Part shown: positions 8,151 to 17,215 of the stretch, piece by piece
How the letters are laid out: every line of letters starts with the position of its first letter
Position numbering within the stretch: position 1 is the stretch's first letter
From: Minisyncoccota bacterium
GTDB taxonomy: Bacteria > Patescibacteriota > Minisyncoccia > Phycocordibacterales > JABMNX01
DNA: 64,000 bases
Direction of reading: 5' to 3'
NCBI GenBank assembly: GCA_026195275.1
Contig: JAPHQU010000004.1
Location: forward strand, 3,119 to 67,118
The notes under the pieces: model-generated
Seen by the model: only the letters and a program-made list of their open reading frames with translations
Database searches by the model: none
Told to the model about the DNA's origin: nothing
Translations under genes and position numbers: made by a program

Positions 8151-8747
8151 ATGAAATTCGGATTTGGTGAGTGGCTCCTCGTTCTGTTTAATACTCTGTA
8201 TATTGCAGCGTTCGGGCTCTACTATGTGAGTATCAAAAACTATGAGTTCCTCTGGTATGTGGCAGTGCTCGTCTTTTTCTTTACACTCATCCTTACCACA
8301 CTCTCAAAAAGCAACTTCAATCAATTTATTCTCTGGTGTCTCTCGATCTGGGGACTGCTCCACATGGCGGGTGGTGGCATCCCGGTGGGCGACAGTGTGC
8401 TCTATGCATACCAGGTACTCCCGCTCTTTAACGGCACTGGAGACTTTGTTCTTATTAAGTTTGATCAGCTCGTGCACGTCTTTGGTTTCTTTGTGACAAC
8501 ACTTGTGGCATTTCATTTGCTTCGCCCATATCTTAACAACAAGACTCGATGGTCTGTGGTGTACGCACTTCTTGTGCTTATTGGGATGGGTGCAGGGTCA
8601 CTTAATGAGATCGTTGAGTTTATCGCAGTGGTCATATTCTCTGAGACAGGGGTCGGTGGCTACGCGAACACGCTTCTCGACTTAGTGTCTAACACGATTG
8701 GAGCTATTTTAGCGATTGGTGTGATTCATTTCCGTAGAAGAGACTGA
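8151..8747 (+). CDS. Hypothetical polytopic membrane protein
   Basis: About 198 aa from MKFGFGEWLL..., with 5-6 predicted TM helices and no recognisable catalytic motif. Confidence 0.5.
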   Translation: MKFGFGEWLLVLFNTLYIAAFGLYYVSIKNYEFLWYVAVLVFFFTLILTTLSKSNFNQFILWCLSIWGLLHMAGGGIPVGDSVLYAYQVLPLFNGTGDFVLIKFDQLVHVFGFFVTTLVAFHLLRPYLNNKTRWSVVYALLVLIGMGAGSLNEIVEFIAVVIFSETGVGGYANTLLDLVSNTIGAILAIGVIHFRRRD

Positions 8748-8833
8748 TACATTTCTCCTTATTATAAAAAAATAAATCCTTGTACTTACCAGTCTGCAGG
8801 CAGGTTTCATCCGCGTGGCATACAAAAGCAGTA

Positions 8834-10012
8834 CTACTTGATGTGGTTTCTGTATGCTGCGCGCTGTATTCGTGTACTAAATATATTCATCAGCGCAGGG
8901 CTTATAACAACAGTCACCACACTCAGAGCAACCATGGCGGTGAGCAAACCCTCTCCAATGAGGTTAAGAGAGAACGCAGAGAATGCGACTGCGAGCGTTG
9001 TTGAGAGTTGTGGAATTGACGAGATACCAAAAAGAAGCGATTGATCGTTGCTGAACCCGACCAACCTACCACCAAGCCAGCCGCTAATCAGTTTTGATGA
9101 CATTGAAGCAAGGATGACGCCTATAGTGAGCAGTGCCGCACCACTGACGTTTGCGAAAACTCTGATGTCGGTTTGTACACCGATGAGTATAAAAAACACC
9201 GGTACAAAAAAACCGTAGCTAATAGTGTGAATATTTTCTCTTATTTTTGGGTTTACTATTGAGTCTGAAAGAACAAGACCAACAAAGAACCCTGCAATAA
9301 TATGGTGAAGCCCGAGCAGTTCGAAGACAATTACTGTCCCAACGAGTATCAGAAAAGTTGAACGGAACTCTTGCTGGAAGAGATCTTTTGTTCCACGCAC
9401 TCCCGCAGTAAAGAGCCAGCGGATTTTAGGGAGTAGTAGGCGGAACATCACCAGGATGACGATGAGGAGTGGATAGAATAAATAAAGCGGGATTTGGGTA
9501 ACTGGATCGATGCTCTGAAGGACGATGGAGAGAAGTATTAAACTTGCAATGTCCTGTATCACCGTCGTCATAATCACTGACTGTCCGAGGCGGGTGTGAA
9601 GGAGTCCAAGTCTCTCAAGAGAGGGTATAACCACAGCAATTGAGGAAGAAACAAAGATGATCCCAATGAGGATGGCAATCGTCAGACTGTGACCGAGCGT
9701 GAGTGCAAGTCCAAAACCAACAATAAACGGTATAGCACCGTTAATAAGAGAAAGGAAGAGTAATTGTCCTCGAAAGTTCTTAAAGCTCGAGAGATTTGTC
9801 TCGAGCCCTGCCATGAACATTAGGAATATGAGTCCGATTTGCGCAATAAAATCGAGTGTGGGGGTGACCTCAATAAGGTTAAACACATGCGGTCCCACGA
9901 GTATGCCACCAAGGATGAGTCCCACCACCCACGGCACGTGCACACGTCGGAATATCATTGAAAAGACAACTCCGGCAAAGAGTATTAAGAAAAGAGGGTA
10001 GAATTCTCCCAT
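8834..10012 (-). CDS. Cation:proton antiporter (CPA2 family; Kef/NapA-like)
   Basis: 392 aa polytopic; N-terminus MGEFYPLFLILFAGVVFSMIFRRVHVPWVVGLILGGILVGP is typical of Na+/H+ or K+/H+ exchangers. Confidence 0.8.
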   Translation of the reverse strand: MGEFYPLFLILFAGVVFSMIFRRVHVPWVVGLILGGILVGPHVFNLIEVTPTLDFIAQIGLIFLMFMAGLETNLSSFKNFRGQLLFLSLINGAIPFIVGFGLALTLGHSLTIAILIGIIFVSSSIAVVIPSLERLGLLHTRLGQSVIMTTVIQDIASLILLSIVLQSIDPVTQIPLYLFYPLLIVILVMFRLLLPKIRWLFTAGVRGTKDLFQQEFRSTFLILVGTVIVFELLGLHHIIAGFFVGLVLSDSIVNPKIRENIHTISYGFFVPVFFILIGVQTDIRVFANVSGAALLTIGVILASMSSKLISGWLGGRLVGFSNDQSLLFGISSIPQLSTTLAVAFSAFSLNLIGEGLLTAMVALSVVTVVISPALMNIFSTRIQRAAYRNHIK

Positions 10013-10069
10013 GCGTATATTGTAGCAGGATTATTGCTGAGTATCGCCCCTCTATACGGTGCGCTGTTG

Positions 10070-10831
10070 TTATTCAACAAGAGTGAGCGCGAACATAAGT
10101 CCGATACCAATCATAATGCCCATGAGCTGAAGGAGTGATTTACGCGCAGTGGTTGTTTTATGGAGTTCGGGTACTAAGTCTGAGCCGGCGATATAGAGGA
10201 AGGACCCGGCGGCAATTGCAATAAGCGCGGGTGTTGCGTGCTCGATAAACGAACCTAAGAAGAGTGCAGCAAGAGCACCAAGAACAGCACTGAGTCCAGA
10301 GAGGAAGTTCACGAGAAGCGCTCGCGCACGGCTGTAGCCGGCGTGGATGAGTACACCAAAATCACCAATCTCTTGCGGGATCTCGTGGAGGATGACCGCA
10401 AGTGTTGTCGCGATACCTACTTCAATACTTACCAGATACGCAGCGCCGATGATTGCGCCGTCGAGGAGGTTGTGAATACCGTCTGAGAAAAGGATGATGC
10501 GACCAACCGGATGGATCGCACACGCCCGATGCTCTTCATTGTTGCCGTGATGGTGGTGCCAGTGGAAGAATTTTTCAAGGACGAAGAAGGTAAAGATACC
10601 GACAATGATATAGAAAGCTGCGTGCGTGGTGTCCTCAAAGAGCTCGAATGCCTCTGGAATGAGGTGAATGATTGCGTCACCAAAAAGAGCTCCCACCGCG
10701 AGACTCACCAGAAAGAATATTGAGCGCCTAAGGACTTCTTTGTTGATTGAAATAGTAATAGCCCCAACAAGAGAGATGAGGCTAACAATAAAGACACTTA
10801 TGAGTGCGTAGAGCGTTATTGACATGTGCAT
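10070..10831 (-). CDS. ZIP family metal (zinc) transporter
   Basis: His-rich loop WHHHHGNNEEH and the HEIPQEIGDFGVL ZIP signature. Confidence 0.8.
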   Translation of the reverse strand: MHMSITLYALISVFIVSLISLVGAITISINKEVLRRSIFFLVSLAVGALFGDAIIHLIPEAFELFEDTTHAAFYIIVGIFTFFVLEKFFHWHHHHGNNEEHRACAIHPVGRIILFSDGIHNLLDGAIIGAAYLVSIEVGIATTLAVILHEIPQEIGDFGVLIHAGYSRARALLVNFLSGLSAVLGALAALFLGSFIEHATPALIAIAAGSFLYIAGSDLVPELHKTTTARKSLLQLMGIMIGIGLMFALTLVE

Positions 10832-10935
10832 ACTATACAGTCTTGGGGATACTCCAACAAGAAGGCGGAGCGATGATTTTTTAACTGTGGGTGGTATTAT
10901 AATAGGTACATTACAAATAAACGAGAACGAGTACT

Positions 10936-11763
10936 ATGGAAAATAATATGAATACTCATGAGCGAATACTCAATAAAGCGTACACATCAGGTGTTGTCCG
11001 TACGTTGAGTGCGCTCACACTCACGCTTCTTTCGCTTTTCTTGCTCACCCTCGTGGTCACCGAGGTCCGCGAGTGGCGCTTCATTGGCTCTGGAGTCATT
11101 CCAACCAATACAATCACGATTCAAGGTGAAGGTGAGGTCTTTGCGGTGCCCGACACTGCGCTCTTTAGCTTCTCAGTAATCAAAGAAGGGGAAAGTGCGG
11201 AGGCAGTCCAAGAAGAAGCAGCGCAGGTGACGAACGAAGCGATTGCCTACCTCAAAGAGAACGGGGTGGAAGACCGTGACATTAAGACCATCTCATACAA
11301 TGTCTACCCGCGATACGAGTGGCGCAAGATCCAGTGTATTACCTACCCATGCCCAGAAGGGAAGCGAGAACTTGTCGGCTTTGAGATCAATCAGAGCGTC
11401 CAGGTGAAAGTGCGCGATACCAAGAAGGCGGGCGAGCTCCTTTCTGGGGTTGGCAGCTTTGGCGTTGAGAATATCAGCGGACTCCAGTTCACTATAGACG
11501 ACGAAGATGCACTTTCGCGCGAAGCCCGACGGGAAGCGGTCGCTGACGCAAAGGAGAAAGCGGATGCACTCGCAGATGATCTTGGTGTGCGACTTGTGCG
11601 CATTGTAAGTTTCAATGAGTATGGTTCGCCGGTCGCGTATCCACGCTTTGAATCAGTGGCATATGGGGTTGGTGGAGACGTGAGCAGTAAGACTGTTCCT
11701 GATCTTCCGGTAGGCGAGAACCGCATCACCTCTCAGGTGAGCATCACCTACGAGATACAATAA
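10936..11763 (+). CDS. SIMPL/DUF541 domain periplasmic protein
   Basis: N-terminal TM, then a domain with GEGEVFAVPDTALFSFSV...QVKVRDTKKAGELL that resembles the SIMPL (26 kDa periplasmic immunogenic protein) family. Confidence 0.6.
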   Translation: MENNMNTHERILNKAYTSGVVRTLSALTLTLLSLFLLTLVVTEVREWRFIGSGVIPTNTITIQGEGEVFAVPDTALFSFSVIKEGESAEAVQEEAAQVTNEAIAYLKENGVEDRDIKTISYNVYPRYEWRKIQCITYPCPEGKRELVGFEINQSVQVKVRDTKKAGELLSGVGSFGVENISGLQFTIDDEDALSREARREAVADAKEKADALADDLGVRLVRIVSFNEYGSPVAYPRFESVAYGVGGDVSSKTVPDLPVGENRITSQVSITYEIQ

Positions 11764-11781
11764 CCATCAGTATCTCATGAA

Positions 11782-11810
11782 AAACACCCGTATCTAGCAG
11801 GGTGTTTTTT
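11782..11810 (+). terminator. Rho-independent terminator
   Basis: AAAACACCCgtatctagcaGGGTGTTTTTT. Confidence 0.7.
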
Positions 11811-11891
11811 AATGATATTGACTTAGGTATGATGCGTGGTATTCTCCTTCCAGACATTCTTCTTCTCTATCTGAAATCCGAGGGGGATATA

Positions 11892-12110
11892 ATGAGAGAA
11901 CGCACAACACGAGAAAAAAAGACCGGAGGTCTCACGTTGCTGGAGGTCGGCAACAATCAGTGTCTCTGGCCTGTCGCAGGCGGCGAGGAGAAGACGACTC
12001 CCTTTTCCTTCTGCGGAGCGCCCACAGAGAGGGATGAGTCGTATTGCGCCACTCATGCAGAGCGTGCATATACTCGACGCAGAAGGAGACCAAACACAAA
12101 AGGTGACTAA
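11892..12110 (+). CDS. Small GcrA-like (cell-cycle regulator C-terminal domain) protein
   Basis: CLWPVAGGEEKTTPFSFCGAPTERDESYCATHAERAY matches the GcrA C-terminal signature (C.WP.G....FCG.....YC..H...AY). Confidence 0.55.
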   Translation: MRERTTREKKTGGLTLLEVGNNQCLWPVAGGEEKTTPFSFCGAPTERDESYCATHAERAYTRRRRRPNTKGD

Positions 12111-12192
12111 CTATCGCCACACCGGCGTCCAGAGAAATATTGGGCGCCGGTTTATTTTTGACTTTCCGTTGTTGTCATGCTATTCTTCAAAA

Positions 12193-12214
12193 AACACCCC
12201 CAGCGGGGGTTTTT
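12193..12214 (+). terminator. Rho-independent terminator
   Basis: ACCCCCagcGGGGGT followed by TTTT. Confidence 0.6.
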
Positions 12215-12240
12215 AAATAGGGTGCTAATTTTATCATTTT

Positions 12241-12423
12241 ATGAAACGATTCATTCAATACATCCGGGATACTCGAGGTGAGCTCAAGCACGTCTCGTGG
12301 CCAACAACAAAACAGACGACCATCTTTACTATTCTTGTTGTTGTGATCTCGCTCGTGGTCGCAGTACTTCTTGGATTCTTCGACTTCGTGTTTACTAACG
12401 TACTTGATAGGCTCTTTCTCTAA
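12241..12423 (+). CDS. secE: Preprotein translocase subunit SecE
   Basis: 60 aa; FIQYIRDTRGELKHVSWPT followed by one TM helix. Sits upstream of nusG. Confidence 0.85.
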   Translation: MKRFIQYIRDTRGELKHVSWPTTKQTTIFTILVVVISLVVAVLLGFFDFVFTNVLDRLFL

Positions 12424-12428
12424 ACACT

Positions 12429-12974
12429 ATGGCAAAACAAGACAACAACATCGGGCGCCACTGGTATGCTATTCACACCTACGCGGGATATGAGAATGCG
12501 GTTTTGCGTAATCTTAAACAACGTATCGAGTCTCTTGGTATGGAAGATCGTATTTTTGATGTGGTGGTGCCGACCGAGAAGAAGGTGAAGATCAAAGGTG
12601 GCAAGCGTGTCGAGGAGGCGGAGAAAATCTACCCCGGCTACGTACTTGTTGACATGATCGTGACCGATGATTCTTGGTATGTAGTGCGCAACACACCGCG
12701 CGTGACCGGATTCGTTGGTTCAGGTACCAAACCGGTACCGCTCACTCAAGTTGAGATCGATGAGCTCTTCTCACGTATGCACTCAGATACGGTCAAGCAC
12801 AAAATTGACCTCAATGTTGACGATGTGGTGACTATCGTTGATGGTCCATTTAAGGAGCTTGAGGGTAAGGTTGGCGAGGTTGATGAAGATCGCGGCAAGG
12901 TGAAGGTACTTGTGCCAATGTTTGGTCGCGAGACGCCGGTAGAGCTCGACTTCTTGCAGGTTAAGAAGATATAG
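12429..12974 (+). CDS. nusG: Transcription termination/antitermination factor NusG
   Basis: HWYAIHTYAGYENAV (NGN domain) and a C-terminal KOW motif. Confidence 0.9.
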   Translation: MAKQDNNIGRHWYAIHTYAGYENAVLRNLKQRIESLGMEDRIFDVVVPTEKKVKIKGGKRVEEAEKIYPGYVLVDMIVTDDSWYVVRNTPRVTGFVGSGTKPVPLTQVEIDELFSRMHSDTVKHKIDLNVDDVVTIVDGPFKELEGKVGEVDEDRGKVKVLVPMFGRETPVELDFLQVKKI

Positions 12975-13008
12975 AAATTATTATAAGTGTAGCGAATTAG
13001 GATTTCTC

Positions 13009-13087
13009 AACCCCTCACTTGGCGCGTTGTATATCATAATCAAGTATGTTATATATGAGTGGCTTAAGATAACAAACCAAGTGAGGG
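13009..13087 (+). promoter_or_regulatory. Long-range stem (CCCCTCACTTGG ... CCAAGTGAGGGG) in the rplK leader
   Basis: 12-bp perfect inverted repeat enclosing ~55 nt, located 45 nt upstream of the rplK start. Confidence 0.35.
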
Positions 13088-13132
13088 GTGTAAGATTTCT
13101 AAACTCACTTCATTCGTTAAGAACATCTAATC

Positions 13133-13558
13133 ATGGCAAAGAAAATAACACGAAAGATAAAGCTCCAGATTCCCGCAGGGAAGGCTACTCCGGCGCCACC
13201 AGTCGGTACCGCACTCGGTCCTGTTGGTATCAACATTGGCGAATTCGTAAACCAGTTCAACGAGCAGACCCGCGAGCTTGGTGGCGATATCATCCCGGTG
13301 GAGCTTTCGGTATATGATGATCGAACATTTGATTTCATCCTTAAGACCTCACCTGCCTCACGACTCCTTTTGAAGAAACTTGGCAAGCCAAAGGGTTCAG
13401 GAAAGAACCTCGTCAGCAAGGCAGGAACTCTTACTAAAGCGCAGGTGCGCGAGGTAGCGGAAGAGAAAATGCCTGACCTCAACACCAACGATATTGAACA
13501 GGCAACAAAGATTATCGAGGGTACCGCGCGAAGTATGGGAATCGAGGTGAAAGAATAA
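13133..13558 (+). CDS. rplK: Ribosomal protein L11
   Basis: [38 protein letters not shown] is near-universal L11 sequence. Confidence 0.95.
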   Translation: MAKKITRKIKLQIPAGKATPAPPVGTALGPVGINIGEFVNQFNEQTRELGGDIIPVELSVYDDRTFDFILKTSPASRLLLKKLGKPKGSGKNLVSKAGTLTKAQVREVAEEKMPDLNTNDIEQATKIIEGTARSMGIEVKE

Positions 13559-13582
13559 GGGTTAAATAAAGAGGAAACATAA

Positions 13583-13618
13583 AAACACAACTCGCGCTTT
13601 CACGCGAGTTGTGTTTTT
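13583..13618 (+). terminator. Rho-independent terminator after rplK
   Basis: AAAAACACAACTCGCGctttcaCGCGAGTTGTGTTTTT. Confidence 0.75.
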
Positions 13619-13682
13619 ACATTCCCGTATGGTACCGTTCCATCAGAAATAAATTGTTCCTAGACACAGAAAGGATAGACTC

Positions 13683-14282
13683 ATGGAACGCTCAGGTATT
13701 CTGTCCTCGGACTGCGCTCCTGAGGAGCGTTTTGTTGAGGATTACACCAAGTTGAAGGATATTGTTGAAGCAATCCGCAAGCTTGGCGGTAAGATCGTTT
13801 TGACAAGCGGTTCGTTTGACCTTGCCCACATCGGTCACGCTCGATATCTCCGCGAAGCCCGTCTGCGTGGTGACTTCCTTGTTGTCGGTGTCGAAAGCGA
13901 CGAGCGCATCCAAATACGTAAAGGACCAAATCGCCCGATCGTCCCTCAACATGAACGCATTGAAGCACTCACTCACCTCCGGTACGTCGACATGGTCACC
14001 CTGAAACATAAGGGTGATGAGTCGTGGATGTTGATCAAGACTGTTCGTCCTGATGTCCTCGTTATCTCAGAACGAACTGGGTATTCCGGCGAAAAGGTCG
14101 AGAGGCTCAGAGAGTTCTGCGGTGAGGTGGTGAATCTTCCCTCCCAAGCGGAGACAAGCACCAGTGCTCGTCTGCGTGAGATGCAGATAGGCGTCCTTGG
14201 TCCAGCAATTGAATCAATGGAAGGAGCTGTAGAAGTACTTGCTGCTGGGCTTACGCGGCTCAGGGGGATGAAAGGAGGGTAG
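13683..14282 (+). CDS. HIGH-motif nucleotidyltransferase (cytidylyltransferase-like; RfaE domain II / GCT family)
   Basis: LTSGSFDLAHIGHARYLREA carries the class I nucleotidyltransferase H.GH motif; 199 aa. Confidence 0.7.
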   Translation: MERSGILSSDCAPEERFVEDYTKLKDIVEAIRKLGGKIVLTSGSFDLAHIGHARYLREARLRGDFLVVGVESDERIQIRKGPNRPIVPQHERIEALTHLRYVDMVTLKHKGDESWMLIKTVRPDVLVISERTGYSGEKVERLREFCGEVVNLPSQAETSTSARLREMQIGVLGPAIESMEGAVEVLAAGLTRLRGMKGG

Positions 14283-14286
14283 GTGT

Positions 14287-15147
14287 ATGAAGAAAATTGC
14301 TATCGCCTACATTCCGGTGCTTCACAGCGGGTATCTGGAGTTTTTCAGAACAATCCCGAGTGACGTACCGCTCTTCATCATCTCCGAAGACCTCATCGCT
14401 TCTTTTGGTGGTGAATTTGACTACCTCAAAAGAAAAGACGCGCTTCGTGCGCTCTCATCCTCTGAGATGGTTAAAGCTGTGCAGGGGCTCAGTCTCTTGC
14501 GGCTCAAGGATGTCCACTCATTGAATGTGCCGGCTGTACACCTTTTGGAGAAAGAAGATCTCTTGATCGTATGTCCGAACGAGGACATCACCCGAGCGGT
14601 TGTAGAAAAATACTTCTCGGGCGCAGAGGTGGAATTCCACTCCATCTTCTTGAGATGGCATCGCGACAATGTTGATGAGCAGAATGCTGTCAGCGCACAT
14701 CGTTCAGTGAACGTTGAATCGCTTCATTATGAAATGATGGAGCGTGCGCAAAAAGAAGCTGACAAGAGCTTCGATTGGTGGCGGCAAGTTGGCGGGGTGT
14801 TGGTTAAAGACAATACTCCTATCTTGTACGCTCGCAACACGCATGTGCCAGATGAACAAGGTTCGAATGTGTTCGGTGATCCGCGCAGTATCTTCAAGCG
14901 AGGAATCCGACTCGACCTCACAACAGCAGAGCATGCCGAAGCGATCTTGATTGTGGAAGCTGCACGCCGTGGAATCTCCACTGAGGGTGCGTGGCTGTAT
15001 GTCACAGCGTTTCCGTGTCCGAGTTGTGCGATGCATATTGCACGGGCAGGAATATCCCGATGCTACTTTAGCGGCGGATACGCAAAGCTTGACGGCGAAT
15101 CGACATTGAAAGATGCCGGTGTCGAACTTGTTCTTTTGGAAACCTAA
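14287..15147 (+). CDS. Fusion of a divergent nucleotidyltransferase-like N-terminal domain with dCMP deaminase
   Basis: N-terminus IAIAYIPVLHSGYLEFF is paralogous to the upstream HIGH motif but degenerate. C-terminus HAEAILIVEAARRG...AFPCPSCAMHIA is the zinc-binding cytidine/dCMP deaminase motif (H.E ... PC..C). Confidence 0.7.
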   Translation: MKKIAIAYIPVLHSGYLEFFRTIPSDVPLFIISEDLIASFGGEFDYLKRKDALRALSSSEMVKAVQGLSLLRLKDVHSLNVPAVHLLEKEDLLIVCPNEDITRAVVEKYFSGAEVEFHSIFLRWHRDNVDEQNAVSAHRSVNVESLHYEMMERAQKEADKSFDWWRQVGGVLVKDNTPILYARNTHVPDEQGSNVFGDPRSIFKRGIRLDLTTAEHAEAILIVEAARRGISTEGAWLYVTAFPCPSCAMHIARAGISRCYFSGGYAKLDGESTLKDAGVELVLLET

Positions 15148-15180
15148 AACCCCCGAGGTCATTGCCTCGGGGGTGTTTTC

Positions 15181-15642
15181 TTATCTCTTCTTGTATCCAA
15201 GCTTGACGCGAAGCTTTTCAGCGTCCTCAGAATGAGGCCCGCCAACTAAGAATTGAGCGTGCAGATGCGCCACCGACGATCCAGTGTAATCCATGTCCCC
15301 AAAACGCATGAACACAGCCCCACCATTCGGCGCATGTTTTTCATTCAGCATGCTCACAAAACGGCCGAATTCAACCCAAGCCTCTTGGTCTACTTCCGTG
15401 ACGTTTGTCGCGTGCAGTTTGTAGACAAGGAGGTAGTGGGCAGAGGTGCCATCGTATGGATAGTCATTTTTGGTAACTACCCACCACTCACCCTCTTCTT
15501 CAATGGGGGAATTGTGGTATTTTTCAAAGTGTTCTCTGCAGAAGGGACAGACGCCGTCTTGTGCAATTTGTTCCATTTGCTTTTGTTGCGCGTCCCCACG
15601 TGTGTGTTTGAAATTCAAAAATGTAGTTTTTTTCTCACGCAT
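15181..15642 (-). CDS. HIT-superfamily protein, GalT-like branch (HxHxQ)
   Basis: CPFC zinc knuckle and VAHLHAQFL (H.H.Q) motif, typical of the GalT/Ap4A-phosphorylase branch of the HIT superfamily. Confidence 0.65.
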   Translation of the reverse strand: MREKKTTFLNFKHTRGDAQQKQMEQIAQDGVCPFCREHFEKYHNSPIEEEGEWWVVTKNDYPYDGTSAHYLLVYKLHATNVTEVDQEAWVEFGRFVSMLNEKHAPNGGAVFMRFGDMDYTGSSVAHLHAQFLVGGPHSEDAEKLRVKLGYKKR

Positions 15643-15713
15643 AGATTTGTGTGTATCTAAAATAGTATCACCATGGCTCTAAAAAGAAAAAGCCCGACAC
15701 ATTCTGTGCGAGC

Positions 15714-16217
15714 TTATCTCCTTCGTTTATATTCGAAGAAGTCGAAAGGAAATTTATCTTCTGGCTGCCGGGTACCTTCTTTGTGTACCACAAGCTTCCA
15801 TTCTCTCGAATCCAATTTTGGGAAGGTTGCATCTCCTTCGACACCATCATCGTGGACTACGGTCAGGTAGATATACTCCGTAGATGGGAGGGCGAGTCGG
15901 TATATTTCTCCGCCTCCGATGACAAAGACCGCTTTACTCTCTCGAGCGCCGACAGCCAGTGCATCCTCAAGTGTCGATACCACTTCGCACCCTTCAACCT
16001 CCAAACCACTTTGGCGCGTGAGGATAACATTCACGCGTTTTGGCAATGGCTTTCCAATGGACTCAAAAGTCTTTCGGCCCATAACAACCACGGAGCCGAT
16101 GGTGAGCTCTCGGAAGTGACGAAGATCACTCGGCAAGCGCCACAGCAACCTTCCATTACCACCGATAACTCGTTTTTCGTTTATCGCGACAATGAGAGAT
16201 GGTTTTTCTGTATGCAT
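15714..16217 (-). CDS. folA: Dihydrofolate reductase
   Basis: LIVAINEKRVIGGNGRLLWRLPSDLRHFRELTIGSVVVMGRKTFESIG is classic DHFR. The internal Met is chosen as the start. Confidence 0.9.
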   Translation of the reverse strand: MHTEKPSLIVAINEKRVIGGNGRLLWRLPSDLRHFRELTIGSVVVMGRKTFESIGKPLPKRVNVILTRQSGLEVEGCEVVSTLEDALAVGARESKAVFVIGGGEIYRLALPSTEYIYLTVVHDDGVEGDATFPKLDSREWKLVVHKEGTRQPEDKFPFDFFEYKRRR

Positions 16218-16227
16218 CACCACCTCC

Positions 16228-17124
16228 TTAAATCGCAACCGGTATTTCAAGCCCCGGGTGAGGATCGTACTCTTCAAGCTCGAAATGATGCGGCCGGAAG
16301 TCGAAGAGGTTTTTCACACCCGGATCGACTTTGAGAATCGGAAACGGACGCGGTACACGGCTCAAGACCGTCCGGACTTCTTCAACTTGGTCCGCGTAGA
16401 TGTGTGCGTCCGAGAACGAATGACTGTACTGCGCCGGCTCAAGTCCGGTCACCTGCGCAACCGCAAGCAGAAGCGCGAAGTACTGAACCATGTTGAACGG
16501 TACCCCGATCGGCATGTCAGCGCTCCTTTGAAACATGTGCAGATACAGTTTCCCGTTGAGAACCCGGAAGTGCATCCATCCATGGCACGGTGAGACGACT
16601 GCCTTCTGCAGTTCACTACCCCAGCCGTTGTAAAACGGAATCCAAGGATGCACAAAGATGGTGCGCCGCTTGTAGTTTTCCGGGTTTTGCAACTGCTCGA
16701 CAGCGTGAGCGAGCTGATTGAACCCTTGTCCGTCAGGCATGGGGAAATCGTGGAACGCTGCGCCATAGGAGCCGGGACCGAGGTCACCAACCGGGACACC
16801 AATCTTGGTGCACTTCCGTTCACTTGCCCACTTTCCCCACCAAGTCACCCCAAATTCTTTGAGGGTGTCGAGGTCGCGGGCGCCGTTGATGAACGCCAGG
16901 ATTTCGCCGACGCCGGCTTTCCAGGGGATTTTACGTTCGGTAATGACGGGTGCTCCGTTTTGAACGGGGAACACCATCGGTGCGAGTTCCCCAAAGCAGG
17001 TCAATGCCCCGACATCCTGAGGGGTTTCCTTCTCGAGACGTCCGTCATCGAGGATGTGCCACAAACGATCCTGATACTGTGTATCGGGCGTACGTTCTTC
17101 AAGGGTACGATAAAACATCGCCAT
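16228..17124 (-). CDS. thyA: Thymidylate synthase (ThyA)
   Basis: RRTIFVHPW, SPCHGWMHF (catalytic Cys-His), QRSADMPIGVPFNMVQY (Asn indicates dUMP specificity), and C-terminal YDPHPGLEIPVAI. Confidence 0.9.
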   Translation of the reverse strand: MAMFYRTLEERTPDTQYQDRLWHILDDGRLEKETPQDVGALTCFGELAPMVFPVQNGAPVITERKIPWKAGVGEILAFINGARDLDTLKEFGVTWWGKWASERKCTKIGVPVGDLGPGSYGAAFHDFPMPDGQGFNQLAHAVEQLQNPENYKRRTIFVHPWIPFYNGWGSELQKAVVSPCHGWMHFRVLNGKLYLHMFQRSADMPIGVPFNMVQYFALLLAVAQVTGLEPAQYSHSFSDAHIYADQVEEVRTVLSRVPRPFPILKVDPGVKNLFDFRPHHFELEEYDPHPGLEIPVAI

Positions 17125-17215
17125 CTCCTGTTTCTATGAATGTGTAAGGACTGAATCTGGTGTCAGAGTACGTTCTTACATCAGGCAAGTCAAGAAATGG
17201 TCGAATTGGCTTCGT

